A stretch of DNA of 64,000 bases from Acidimicrobiales bacterium. GTDB lineage: Bacteria > Actinomycetota > Acidimicrobiia > Acidimicrobiales > SZUA-35. The position numbers and the translations under genes were made by a program. Every line of letters starts with the position of its first letter. Positions within the stretch are counted from its first letter, which is position 1. The stretch spans positions 31,001-95,000 of the forward strand of contig JAHEJO010000001.1 of NCBI GenBank assembly GCA_024638805.1, written 5' to 3'. The notes under the pieces were generated by a model that was not told where the DNA came from, did no database searches, and saw nothing but the letters and a program-made list of their open reading frames with translations. Positions 27,122 through 36,160 of the stretch are shown piece after piece.

Positions 27122-27943
27122 ATGCCCGAGTTACCAGAGGTCGAAACCTTGCGCTCCGCGCTGGATCCACTGGTCACCGGCCGCTGCGTCATCGATGCCT
27201 GGGCGCACCGGTCGGCGAAGTTCACCCCGGCCACGGCGGCGGTCGACGCGACGATCCTCGGGGCCCGGCGGCGGGGCAAATTCCTTCTTCTTCCGCTCGA
27301 CGATGGCCGAGAGCTGGTCATTCACCTCGGCATGACCGGCCGATTGTCGTTCGGGTCTGCGCCGGTGGACGACTCCGACGCCTACTTGCGAGCCTGGTTC
27401 AGATTGGCTGGTACCGCTCTGCGCGACGAGGAGATCCTCCTGTTCCACGACATTCGTCGGTTCGGCAGGATCCGGGTCGTCCCGGCCGGCGACTACGCGA
27501 CAATACCCACCTTGGCCAGGGCCGGGCCCGAGCCGTGGGATCCGGCTCTCACACCGGCGCGGTTCCACCATGCGATCACGACGAGCTCCCGGGCGATCAA
27601 GACCCAGCTGCTGTCCCAGCGACCGGTCGCCGGGGTTGGGAACATCTACGCCGACGAGGCCCTCTGGGCGGCCCGGATCAACCCGAAGGCCCGACGGGTT
27701 GGCGTCGACCGAGCCCGACGTCTGCTCGGCGAGATCCAAACCGCGCTGCAACGAGGCATCGACAACGGCGGCACGACCCTGCGCGACTATCGCAAGATCG
27801 ATGGTGCCGAAGGTGCCAACCGACCGAGCCTCAAGGCCTACGGTCGGGCCGGTGAGCCGTGCCTGAGGTGCGGCGCCACACTGGTGAGCGACGTGATCGA
27901 CGCCCGGACGTCGGTGTGGTGTCCGGTCTGCCAGCGCCGATGA
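27122..27943 (+). CDS. mutM: Formamidopyrimidine-DNA glycosylase
   Basis: N-terminal MPELPEVE, H2TH VAGVGNIYADEALW, and the C-terminal zinc finger CLRCG...CPVCQ. Confidence 0.9.
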   Translation: MPELPEVETLRSALDPLVTGRCVIDAWAHRSAKFTPATAAVDATILGARRRGKFLLLPLDDGRELVIHLGMTGRLSFGSAPVDDSDAYLRAWFRLAGTALRDEEILLFHDIRRFGRIRVVPAGDYATIPTLARAGPEPWDPALTPARFHHAITTSSRAIKTQLLSQRPVAGVGNIYADEALWAARINPKARRVGVDRARRLLGEIQTALQRGIDNGGTTLRDYRKIDGAEGANRPSLKAYGRAGEPCLRCGATLVSDVIDARTSVWCPVCQRR

Positions 27944-27989
27944 CGGCGGCGTGCGTAGCGAGCCGATCGCGCGGGGGTAGGTTCTCCTG

Positions 27990-28451
27990 GTGACCCGATG
28001 GTTGAACGCGGACGAACAGCGGGCGTGGCGGGCGTTTCTCAAGGGCGCCAACCGTCTGATGGAACATCTCGACGACAGCTTGCAGGAGCATCACGAGCTG
28101 GCCCTGACCGACTTCGAGATACTCGTGTTCTTGAGCGAGGCCCCGAACCGGCGTCTGCGTATGTCCGAGATCGCCGAACGGGTGCTCGTCTCCCGCAGCC
28201 GGCTCACCTACCGGGTCGATCGTCTGGTGCAACGAGGCCTGGTCGTACGGTCCGGGGTTGCCGGCGACGGTCGTGGCACGAACGCCGAACTGACCGACGT
28301 CGGTCTCGAACTCCTCGAATCGGCGGCCAGAACCCACGTCGAAGATGTTAGAAACAACCTGATGGACCACATCCCCGCCGCTGAACTGGGCATGTTCACG
28401 CAGATCTGGACATCGGCGAGCGACCGGTGTTCGGACACCGCGGCCGAGTAG
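27990..28451 (+). CDS. MarR family transcriptional regulator
   Basis: Winged-helix pattern LTDFEILVFLSEAPNRRLRMSEIAERVLVSRSRLTYRVDRLVQRGLV. Confidence 0.85.
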   Translation: MTRWLNADEQRAWRAFLKGANRLMEHLDDSLQEHHELALTDFEILVFLSEAPNRRLRMSEIAERVLVSRSRLTYRVDRLVQRGLVVRSGVAGDGRGTNAELTDVGLELLESAARTHVEDVRNNLMDHIPAAELGMFTQIWTSASDRCSDTAAE

Positions 28452-28456
28452 GCGAC

Positions 28457-29194
28457 ATGCCGTCGCTGTCGATCATCGGTCGAGGTCGTGTCGGGTGGTC
28501 GCTCCACGACGCGCTCGCTCGCACGGATGGCCCATGGACGGTGTCGACCCCGATCGGCCGGACGGAGGACCGTTCTCACCTGGTCTCGGTCGATCTCGTC
28601 ATGATCGCCGTTCCCGACCGGGCGATCGCCGACGTCGCCCGTTCGATTCCTGTCGGAGCGGTCGTCGGCCATTTGTCCGGTGCCACGACACTCGATGCTC
28701 TGGCACCCCATGAACGCGCCGGTTCGGCTCATCCCCTGATGACCATCCCCAACCGCGACACCGGGAGTGCCCGGCTACTGGATGGGTGCCCGTTCGCGGT
28801 CGAAGGCCACCCGCTCGTCGGCGAGCTCGTCGACGCGCTGGGCGGGCAACGATTCGCCGTCGACCCTCACCGTCGCACGCTCTACCACGCAGCCGCCGTC
28901 GTGGCGTCCAACCATGTCGTCGCGGTCCTCGCTCAGGCCGAACGGCTCTTCGACCAACTCGGCCTGGACCGCAGACTCCTCCACGGTTTGACGGTCGCCG
29001 CCATCGCCGACGTGGCCGAGATCGGAGCGCGGGATGGCCTCACCGGTCCCGCCGCTCGAGGCGACTGGAGCACCGTAGCCGCCCACCTGTCAGCCCTCGA
29101 GCCCGACGAGATTCCCCTCTACCGCGCGCTGGCGCACGCCGCATCCGAACTCGGCGAACAGCGGTGGCCTCACGATCTACGATTCGGATCATGA
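28457..29194 (+). CDS. Rossmann-like / DUF2520 domain protein (commonly upstream of panC in actinobacteria)
   Basis: LSIIGRGRVGWSL N-terminal nucleotide-binding-like motif. C-terminal LTGPAARGD is typical of DUF2520. ATGA overlap with panC. Confidence 0.7.
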   Translation: MPSLSIIGRGRVGWSLHDALARTDGPWTVSTPIGRTEDRSHLVSVDLVMIAVPDRAIADVARSIPVGAVVGHLSGATTLDALAPHERAGSAHPLMTIPNRDTGSARLLDGCPFAVEGHPLVGELVDALGGQRFAVDPHRRTLYHAAAVVASNHVVAVLAQAERLFDQLGLDRRLLHGLTVAAIADVAEIGARDGLTGPAARGDWSTVAAHLSALEPDEIPLYRALAHAASELGEQRWPHDLRFGS

Positions 29195-30060
29195 CGCCGC
29201 AGTTGATCTCCACGGTCGCGGAACTTCGGTCCGAGCTGGACCGCAGGAGGGCCCTTGGGCACACGATCGGTTTGGTGCCGACGATGGGTTACCTGCATGC
29301 CGGACACGGCTCCCTGATGCAGGCCGCCGGTGAAACCTGTGACACCGTGGCCGCCAGCATCTACGTGAACCCACTCCAGTTCGGTGCCGGCGAGGATCTC
29401 TCCTCCTATCCCCGTGATCTGCAGCGCGACACCGAGATCGCGGCCGGGCGTGAGGTGGACATCCTCTTTGTGCCCACCGAGGAGGAGCTGCACCCTTTGG
29501 GGCCACCCCTGACCGAGATCAACGTGCCCTCGCTCGCCTCCGTCTGGGAGGGGGCCAGCCGACCGACACACTTCGTCGGTGTCGCCACGATCGTCAACAC
29601 GCTCTTGAACATCGTCGGTCCGTGCGCCGCCTTCTTCGGCGAGAAGGACTTCCAGCAACTGGCGATCATCAACAGGATGGTGGCCGATCTGTCGCTCCCG
29701 GTTGAGATCATCGGTTGTCCGACGGTGCGAGAGCCCGATGGGCTCGCCATGAGCAGCCGCAACTCCTACCTGACCCGCGATGAGCGGGAGGCGGCGGCGA
29801 TTCTGCGACTGGCGCTTGATGCCGGCGAAGCGGTCATCAAGGGAGGCGCCCGAGAACCGCAGGAGGTCATCCGGGCGATGGGGGCGGTGGTGAACGGCGA
29901 ACCGCTCGCCAAACTCGACTACGCCACCGTCGTCGACCCGGCAACACTTGAGATTCCCCCCGTTTTGATGAACGATGTGCGTCTACTCATCGCGGCACAG
30001 GTGGGCCGAACCCGGCTCATCGACAACTGTGGCGTTTCCATCCACGGAGATCCGACGTGA
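29191..30060 (+). CDS. panC: Pantoate--beta-alanine ligase
   Basis: GLVPTMGYLHAGHGSLM (HIGH-like motif), FGEKDFQQL, and MSSRNSYL. Confidence 0.95.
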   Translation: MTPQLISTVAELRSELDRRRALGHTIGLVPTMGYLHAGHGSLMQAAGETCDTVAASIYVNPLQFGAGEDLSSYPRDLQRDTEIAAGREVDILFVPTEEELHPLGPPLTEINVPSLASVWEGASRPTHFVGVATIVNTLLNIVGPCAAFFGEKDFQQLAIINRMVADLSLPVEIIGCPTVREPDGLAMSSRNSYLTRDEREAAAILRLALDAGEAVIKGGAREPQEVIRAMGAVVNGEPLAKLDYATVVDPATLEIPPVLMNDVRLLIAAQVGRTRLIDNCGVSIHGDPT

Positions 30061-30947
30061 CCGACAACCCTTCCCCAGCCGCATCTCGCCGCAACGTCAC
30101 CGTCCCGTCCGTGCGGGCTTCGAAGCTGAGCAACGGGGATCGACCATTGGTGATGGTGACCGCCTATGACGCGCCCATGGCACGCATCGCCGAGGAGGCC
30201 GAGGTCGACATGATCCTGGTCGGCGACTCCCTCGGCATGGTGGTGCTCGGCCACGAAAACACTCTCGAAGTGACGGTCGACGACATGGTCCATCACATCA
30301 AAGCGGTCGCACGGACCAGACCCAGGGCGTTGGTCGTCGGTGACATGCCCTGGATGAGTTTCCACGTGAGTCGCGAACAGACCCTGAACAACGCCGCCCG
30401 GATGGTTCGTGCCGGAGCCAACTGCCTCAAGATCGAGGGTGGGATCAAACGAATCCCCATGATGAGCGCGGTCATGGAAGCCGAGATGCCCGTCATCGCC
30501 CACATCGGTCTGACACCGCAGAGCTACAACGCGATGGGCGGGTTCAAGATCCAAGGTCGGGAGGCGGCCGCAGCCCACGCTCTGGTGCAAGAGGCCAAAG
30601 AGGTCGAGGCCGCCGGATGTTTCGCGGTCCTCCTCGAGGGCGTGCCCGACGTGGTGGGCAGGATGGTGACCGATGCGGTCGGCATCCCCACCATCGGTAT
30701 CGGTGCAGGTCCGGACTGCGATGGGCAGGTGCTCGTCTATCACGACATCATCGGGCTCGAGAACAGGTTCAAACCAAAGTTCGTCCGCAGGTTCGGGACC
30801 GCCTACGACGATCAACTGCGGTCGGTGTCCCAGTTCGCACGGGAGGTTCGTTCCCGTACGTTCCCGTCGGAGGCCGAAACCTACGTCGCCCGGGACGAAC
30901 TGACCGAGGCGCTCGGGCTCTACGGCTCCGAGGTCACCGATCACTAG
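30057..30947 (+). CDS. panB: 3-methyl-2-oxobutanoate hydroxymethyltransferase
   Basis: VMVTAYDAPMA, ILVGDSLGMVVLGH, and LKIEGG motifs. The GTG overlaps the panC stop. Confidence 0.95.
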   Translation: MTDNPSPAASRRNVTVPSVRASKLSNGDRPLVMVTAYDAPMARIAEEAEVDMILVGDSLGMVVLGHENTLEVTVDDMVHHIKAVARTRPRALVVGDMPWMSFHVSREQTLNNAARMVRAGANCLKIEGGIKRIPMMSAVMEAEMPVIAHIGLTPQSYNAMGGFKIQGREAAAAHALVQEAKEVEAAGCFAVLLEGVPDVVGRMVTDAVGIPTIGIGAGPDCDGQVLVYHDIIGLENRFKPKFVRRFGTAYDDQLRSVSQFAREVRSRTFPSEAETYVARDELTEALGLYGSEVTDH

Positions 30948-30959
30948 AAGACCGCTGAC

Positions 30960-32372
30960 ATGAGGCCTCGGAAGATCCATGCCCCAGCCGTTTTCGAAGA
31001 CGGTTTTCAGACGATTCGGGACGAACTCGACGTGCCGAAGTCGTTCCCGCCGGCGGTGCTTGCCGCAGCCGAGGTAGCAACGGATCGATTCGCCGACCGA
31101 CGTCGTGACGACCGCTCCCTCCCGCTACTAGCCATCGACCCCCCAGGTGCCCGCGATCTGGATCAGGCCTTCCATGCAGAACGACGCCCGGGTGGCTACC
31201 GCGTGTTCTACGCCATCGCCGACATCGGGGCGTTCATCGAACGGGACGATCCGCTCGATCACGAGGCCCGTCAGAGGGGCACCACCTACTACTCCCCGGA
31301 CCTGCGCACGCCGCTGCATCCGCCGGTTCTCTCAGAAGACCGGGCCAGCCTGTTGTCGGGCACGGACAAACCCTGCCTGATGTGGACGATCGACCTCGAC
31401 GCCGATGGCGAGCCTACCGACGCCGGGCTGGAGCGTTCGGTCGTGCGGGTGCGGGAGGCGATCTCCTATGCCGACGCCCAGGCCAGGATCGATGCCGGGA
31501 CCAACCCCACGCTCGATCTGCTGAGAGAGATCGGGACGTTGCGACAGAGGTCGGAGCTGTTGAGGGGTGGGATCAGCCTGAACCTCCCGAGCCAGGAGGT
31601 CGTCGAAGGAGACGGCACGTACAGGCTCGAGTTCGATCGAGCCCTTCCGGTGGAGGGTTGGAACGCCCAGATCTCCCTGCTGACCGGCATCGTGGCCGGC
31701 GCCACTATGCGCGACGAGGCGGTCGGCGTGCTGCGCACCCTTCCCCCGCCCCGCCGCCAGGACCTGCAACGCCTCCGACGCGCGGCAATCGCCCTCGGTG
31801 TCCCATGGCCCGAGGAACTCACCTATCCCGCGATGATCCGCACGGTCGAACCGGACTCAGCCGCCCGGTCCGCATTCCTCCTGCAGGCCGCACGATCCTT
31901 CCGGGGGGCGGGCTACATCTGGTTCGACGGTGAGGTGCCCGAATTGAGCGAGCACGGCGCCATCGCCGCCCACTACGCCCATGTGACCGCGCCGCTTCGA
32001 CGGCTGGTCGATCGGTTCGGCAACGAGGTTCTTCTCGCCCTGTACGCCGGTCGGCGACCCGACGAGAGCCTCGTGCTCGATCTTGCCGAACTGCCCAGCC
32101 TGATGGGTCGGGCCCGCAGTCGCGCATCGTCGCTGGAACGGGCGCTGGTCGACTACGCCGAAACGATGGTGTTGGCCGGCTCGATCGGGCAACGATTCGA
32201 TGCCGCCGTCGTCTCGATCAGCGAGCGGAGGAATGCCGCAGACATCCAGATCCTCGACCCTGCGATCGAGTCGTCGGTCCCCAGGGTGGGGCGGGAGCTG
32301 GGCGAAACCCTCGCGGTCCGTCTCGATCAGGTCGACACCCGGGCCCGAACGCTCTCGTGGAGTGTCGTGTGA
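30960..32372 (+). CDS. RNB domain ribonuclease (RNase II/R family)
   Basis: AIDPPGARDLDQAFH and TTYYSPDLRTPLHP catalytic-region motifs, plus HYAHVTAPLRR. Confidence 0.85.
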   Translation: MRPRKIHAPAVFEDGFQTIRDELDVPKSFPPAVLAAAEVATDRFADRRRDDRSLPLLAIDPPGARDLDQAFHAERRPGGYRVFYAIADIGAFIERDDPLDHEARQRGTTYYSPDLRTPLHPPVLSEDRASLLSGTDKPCLMWTIDLDADGEPTDAGLERSVVRVREAISYADAQARIDAGTNPTLDLLREIGTLRQRSELLRGGISLNLPSQEVVEGDGTYRLEFDRALPVEGWNAQISLLTGIVAGATMRDEAVGVLRTLPPPRRQDLQRLRRAAIALGVPWPEELTYPAMIRTVEPDSAARSAFLLQAARSFRGAGYIWFDGEVPELSEHGAIAAHYAHVTAPLRRLVDRFGNEVLLALYAGRRPDESLVLDLAELPSLMGRARSRASSLERALVDYAETMVLAGSIGQRFDAAVVSISERRNAADIQILDPAIESSVPRVGRELGETLAVRLDQVDTRARTLSWSVV

Positions 32373-32390
32373 AGTGTCGTTGACGACGGG

Positions 32391-32870
32391 CTACGGCTCA
32401 GGATCCGAGCTCAAGCGTGACAGAAGCGCCGACATCACCTCGATATCCCCGGGGTCGAAACGGTCGACGAGGTGTCGACGGACCGAGTCCACATGACCGG
32501 GGGCGGCCGACTCGAGACGGGCGACGCCGTCATCGGTCAGGACGGCGAAGAACCCGCGACGGTCCTCCGGGCACCGTTCCCGCGCCACCAGCCCGAGTTT
32601 GACCATTCGGTCGACCCGCATACTGAGACGGCTCGCCGAGTGGACGGTTCGTTCGGCAAGCTCACTCATGCGAAGACGGCGCTCCGGAGACTCTGACAGC
32701 TCGACGAGGACCTCGTAATCCCCGAAGGTGAGTCCGGCTGACCTCTTCAGGTCGTGCTCGATCGCCTCGGCGATACGGGCGGTGCCGGTCATCCACCGAC
32801 GCCAGAAGGCCTGCTCGGCTTCGTTCAACCAGTTGGTGCCGCCAGGAGACGAATGTGACACAACCCACAC
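32391..32870 (-). CDS. MarR family transcriptional regulator
   Basis: FGDYEVLVELSESPERRLRMSELAERTVHSASRLSMRVDRMVKLGLV. Paralogous in pattern to the regulator at 27990. Confidence 0.85.
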   Translation of the reverse strand: MWVVSHSSPGGTNWLNEAEQAFWRRWMTGTARIAEAIEHDLKRSAGLTFGDYEVLVELSESPERRLRMSELAERTVHSASRLSMRVDRMVKLGLVARERCPEDRRGFFAVLTDDGVARLESAAPGHVDSVRRHLVDRFDPGDIEVMSALLSRLSSDPEP

Positions 32871-32949
32871 GATACCACCCGTGCGCTTTGATTCAGAATT
32901 GAACTATATTACTTTCAATATTGAACTACTTGCCCGAGGAGGCACCTGC

Positions 32950-33498
32950 ATGACCATCAACGAATCCCCCACGCTCAGCACCGGCACCTGGACCATCGAT
33001 CCGACCCATACCGAAATCGGCTTCGTTGTCCGCCACATGGGCCTCTCCAAGGTACGAGGCCGCTTCAACGCCTTCGTCGGCGCGGCGGACATCGCCGATG
33101 ACCTCACCACCTCGGCGGTTCATGCATCGATCGACATGGCATCGGTGGACACCAACAACGAACTGCGCGACAACCACCTGAAGAGCACCGACTTCTTCGG
33201 CGCCGACAACCATCCGCAGATGGTCTTCCGGTCCACCGCTATCAACGGCAACGGCTCCGAAGGGATCATCTCCGGTGACCTGACGGTCAATGGCGTCACC
33301 AAGGGTGTCGATCTCGAGACCGAGTTCTTCGGTGTCGGCGTCGACCCCTACGGCAACGTCAAGGCCGGCTTCGCGGCCACAACCCAGATCAGTCGCAAGG
33401 ACTTCGGGATCGACTTCAACGTTCCGCTCGACGCCGGCGGCGTGCTGATCGGCGACAAGGTGACGATCGAGCTCGACGTGCAGTTGGCCAGGAGCTGA
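32950..33498 (+). CDS. YceI family protein
   Basis: WTIDPTHTEIGFVVRHMGLSKVRGRF and GDLTVNGVTK are typical YceI motifs. ATG at 32950 lies inside a longer track ORF. Confidence 0.85.
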   Translation: MTINESPTLSTGTWTIDPTHTEIGFVVRHMGLSKVRGRFNAFVGAADIADDLTTSAVHASIDMASVDTNNELRDNHLKSTDFFGADNHPQMVFRSTAINGNGSEGIISGDLTVNGVTKGVDLETEFFGVGVDPYGNVKAGFAATTQISRKDFGIDFNVPLDAGGVLIGDKVTIELDVQLARS

Positions 33499-33516
33499 CT
33501 CGCGGCCCGAGCCCGG

Positions 33517-33543
33517 CTAGGAGGTTGCTGAGCAATCTCCTAG
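33517..33543. terminator. Putative bidirectional hairpin between the convergent yceI-like and ridA-like genes
   Basis: CTAGGAGgTTGC-tga-GCAAtCTCCTAG inverted repeat (about 11 bp stem with one mismatch). No clear U-tract. It overlaps the ridA-like stop codon. Confidence 0.4.
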
Positions 33544-33914
33544 CGCTGGGCGACGAGCTCGATCTCGATGTCAGACCCGAGCGGTAGCTGGGCGACAGCG
33601 ACGGTGCTGCGGGCCGGATAGGGCTCGGAGAACTGTCGCTCGTAAACCTCATTCATCGCTGCGAAGTCGGACATGTCGATCAGGAAGACGTTGACCTTCA
33701 CGACATCTTCGGGACCCAGGTCACCGGCGGCGAGAACGTCGAACAGGTTGTCGAAGCATTTCTGGGTTCGAGCACCGATGTCGCCGTCGATCAGGCGGCC
33801 GGTGGCAGAGTCCAAAGGGGTCTGACCGCTGAGAAAGACGAGGGTGCCGGTGTCGACGGCGTGACTGTAGGGGCCGACCGAGGAGGCGGTGGGACTGGTG
33901 ATCGGATTGCGCAT
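33540..33914 (-). CDS. RidA/YjgF/UK114 family protein
   Basis: GPYSHAV..G.LVFLSGQ and VEIELVA motifs of the RidA family. Confidence 0.85.
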   Translation of the reverse strand: MRNPITSPTASSVGPYSHAVDTGTLVFLSGQTPLDSATGRLIDGDIGARTQKCFDNLFDVLAAGDLGPEDVVKVNVFLIDMSDFAAMNEVYERQFSEPYPARSTVAVAQLPLGSDIEIELVAQR

Positions 33915-34045
33915 GTCTGTGTTCTAGTCCGCTGCCTTGACCATCGCGCCCCGAACGGCGAAAAGAGCCGCCGCAGACCCGCACGCCGTACTGGCGGCGC
34001 CGGCGTGCCGATGGATCGGAGCGTTGCCTGCCGCCTAGTCTGACG

Positions 34046-36160
34046 GTGGTGTTCCGGCAGCTGAGCGTGAAGTCCAAGCTGCTGGCAACCGTTTTGGGGA
34101 TCTCCATCTCCTCGGTTCTGATCGTCGCCGTGATCAGCTTCACTCAGAGTCAACGGTCGCTCAGCGACGCTGTCCTGCGGAACCAGGTCGCCCAGCTCCA
34201 GTCACGCACCGAGCTCATACAGCGCTTCATCTCTTCGATCGACGACGAGGCCTCGACCCTAAGCCAGGACCGGGGGGTCGCGACAGCGTCGGCCGAGTTC
34301 GCCGTCGCCGCCCAGCAGCTGGCCGGACAGGCAACCGATCCTGCGTGGGACGAGGCGGCGACGAACTTCTACACCGAGCTGGTCGAAGGACTACCCCAGA
34401 CCGATCGACTGGTCACGGTGAACGCCGACCAATACGTACCTCGAGATCCGGTTGCCCGCTATCTGCAGCACTACTACACCGTGACCAATCCCGACCCGGA
34501 CAGGAGTCAGCTCGACGACCCGGGCGATGACTCCTTCTACAGCAGGGTCCACAGCCGTTTCCACCCGTCGTTTCGAGCGATCGCAGAACGCTTCGGTTTC
34601 ACCGACATCTACCTGATCGAACCGGAGAGCAACCGGATCGTCTATTCGGTGAACAAAGACGTCGATTTCGGCACCAGCCTCGCCTCGGGACCCTGGGGCC
34701 GAAGTGCACTGGCCGACGTCGTGAAGGAGGTCGAACGAAACCCGGTGCCCGGCAGCACGAGCTTCTCCGACCACGAGTTCTACCGACCCACACTCGACGA
34801 ACCGGCAGCGTTCGTCGCGGCCCCGGTCTTCAACCAGGTCGACCAGGGCCTGCTCGGCATCATCGCCCTTCAGTTACCGTTGGCCGAGATCGATCGGGTC
34901 ATGACCTCCGACTCAAACTGGGTCGATGCCGGATTCGGGCAGACGGGGGAGACCTACCTCGTCGGCGCCGATCTGCTCATGCGATCCCAATCCCGAACAC
35001 TGGCCGAGGATCCGGAGCGCTTCCGGGCCGAAAGCCCCCTCGCCGTCACCCAACCCGAAACGCTTGAACGGATCATGACCCAAGGCAACACGGTTCTGCT
35101 CCAGCCGGTTCGGAGTGCCGCCGCCCAGCGGGCGCTGTCGGGCCAGACCGGCACCGCCGTCGTCACCAGCTATCACGGGGGCATCACATTGAGCAGCTAC
35201 GGACCTCTGGATCTTCCGGGCGGCCTCCGGTGGGTGATCATCGCCGACCAGTCGCTGTCGGAGTCCGAAGCCCCGGTGAACGACCTCCAGCGTGCGCTGC
35301 TCATCGCCACCGGTCTCATCCTGCTCATCCTCACGGGCATCGCAATGTTGATGGCCGCCCGGTTCACGCGACCACTCCTCCGCCTGATCGATTGGACCGG
35401 TCGCGTCGGCGATGGCGATCTGAGCGCCGACGTACCTGTCACCGGCGGCGACGAGATCGGGCAGCTGGCGGAATCGGTGGACTTGATGGTCGACAACCTG
35501 AGGACACAGAGCGAGACGATCGACAGCCAACGCACCGAGATGCAGACGCTGATCCTCAACCTCATGCCACCCCAGATCGCCGACCGGCTGGCCGGTGGCG
35601 ACACCCAGGTCGCCGACGCCTATCCGAATGTCACGATGGTCGTCGCCCAGTTGAGCGGTTTCAGCCGGTACACCCGCGTCGCGTCCCCGGGGGAGGGAAA
35701 GGAGTTGCTCGACGAGGTGATCGGCAGCTTCGACGAGGTGGCCGCCGACCTGGGAATGGAGAAGATTCGCGGCAGCAGCGCCGGGTATGTGGCCGCCTCG
35801 GGTCTACTCGAACCCCGTCTCGACCAGCGTCAACGGGCCATGCAGTTCGCGGTGGCGATCGACCAGAAACTGGAGGTGCTCACCAAGTTCAACAAATCGG
35901 ATCTCGAACTGCGGATCGGAGTTGCCTCCGGTGATGTCGAGGCCGGGATCGTTGGCCAGAGTCAGATCAGCTTCGAGGTGTGGGGCGACCCGGTCAGCGA
36001 TGCCTCGGCTCTTGCCGAGGCGGCTCCACCCGGGTCCGTGCTCGTTGCCAAGGACATCGCCGATGCCCTGCGCGAACGATTCCCGTTCGACGCGTTCGAC
36101 ACGGTGAACTCCGATGGGCAGCCGATCGAGGCGTGGCGCTGGACAGGGAGTGACAACTGA
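34046..36160 (+). CDS. Membrane sensor: periplasmic Cache-like domain, HAMP, and class III cyclase-homology domain (catalytic residues appear substituted)
   Basis: TM1 LLATVLGISISSVLIVAVISF, about 370 aa extracytoplasmic, TM2 LLIATGLILLILTGIAMLMAA. HAMP: RFTRPLLRLIDWTGRVGDGDL...IGQLAESVDLMVDNL. CHD: VTMVVAQLSGFSRYT...RIGVASGDVEAGIVG...VWGDPVSDASALAE. Confidence 0.75.
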   Translation: MVFRQLSVKSKLLATVLGISISSVLIVAVISFTQSQRSLSDAVLRNQVAQLQSRTELIQRFISSIDDEASTLSQDRGVATASAEFAVAAQQLAGQATDPAWDEAATNFYTELVEGLPQTDRLVTVNADQYVPRDPVARYLQHYYTVTNPDPDRSQLDDPGDDSFYSRVHSRFHPSFRAIAERFGFTDIYLIEPESNRIVYSVNKDVDFGTSLASGPWGRSALADVVKEVERNPVPGSTSFSDHEFYRPTLDEPAAFVAAPVFNQVDQGLLGIIALQLPLAEIDRVMTSDSNWVDAGFGQTGETYLVGADLLMRSQSRTLAEDPERFRAESPLAVTQPETLERIMTQGNTVLLQPVRSAAAQRALSGQTGTAVVTSYHGGITLSSYGPLDLPGGLRWVIIADQSLSESEAPVNDLQRALLIATGLILLILTGIAMLMAARFTRPLLRLIDWTGRVGDGDLSADVPVTGGDEIGQLAESVDLMVDNLRTQSETIDSQRTEMQTLILNLMPPQIADRLAGGDTQVADAYPNVTMVVAQLSGFSRYTRVASPGEGKELLDEVIGSFDEVAADLGMEKIRGSSAGYVAASGLLEPRLDQRQRAMQFAVAIDQKLEVLTKFNKSDLELRIGVASGDVEAGIVGQSQISFEVWGDPVSDASALAEAAPPGSVLVAKDIADALRERFPFDAFDTVNSDGQPIEAWRWTGSDN

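Noticed and set aside
34046-36160. Calling this gene a functional adenylate cyclase (cya).
   Set aside because: The domain is clearly cyclase-homologous, but by-eye alignment lacks both metal-binding Asp residues and the Asn/Arg pair. It is therefore annotated as a cyclase-homology sensor, and activity is left open.
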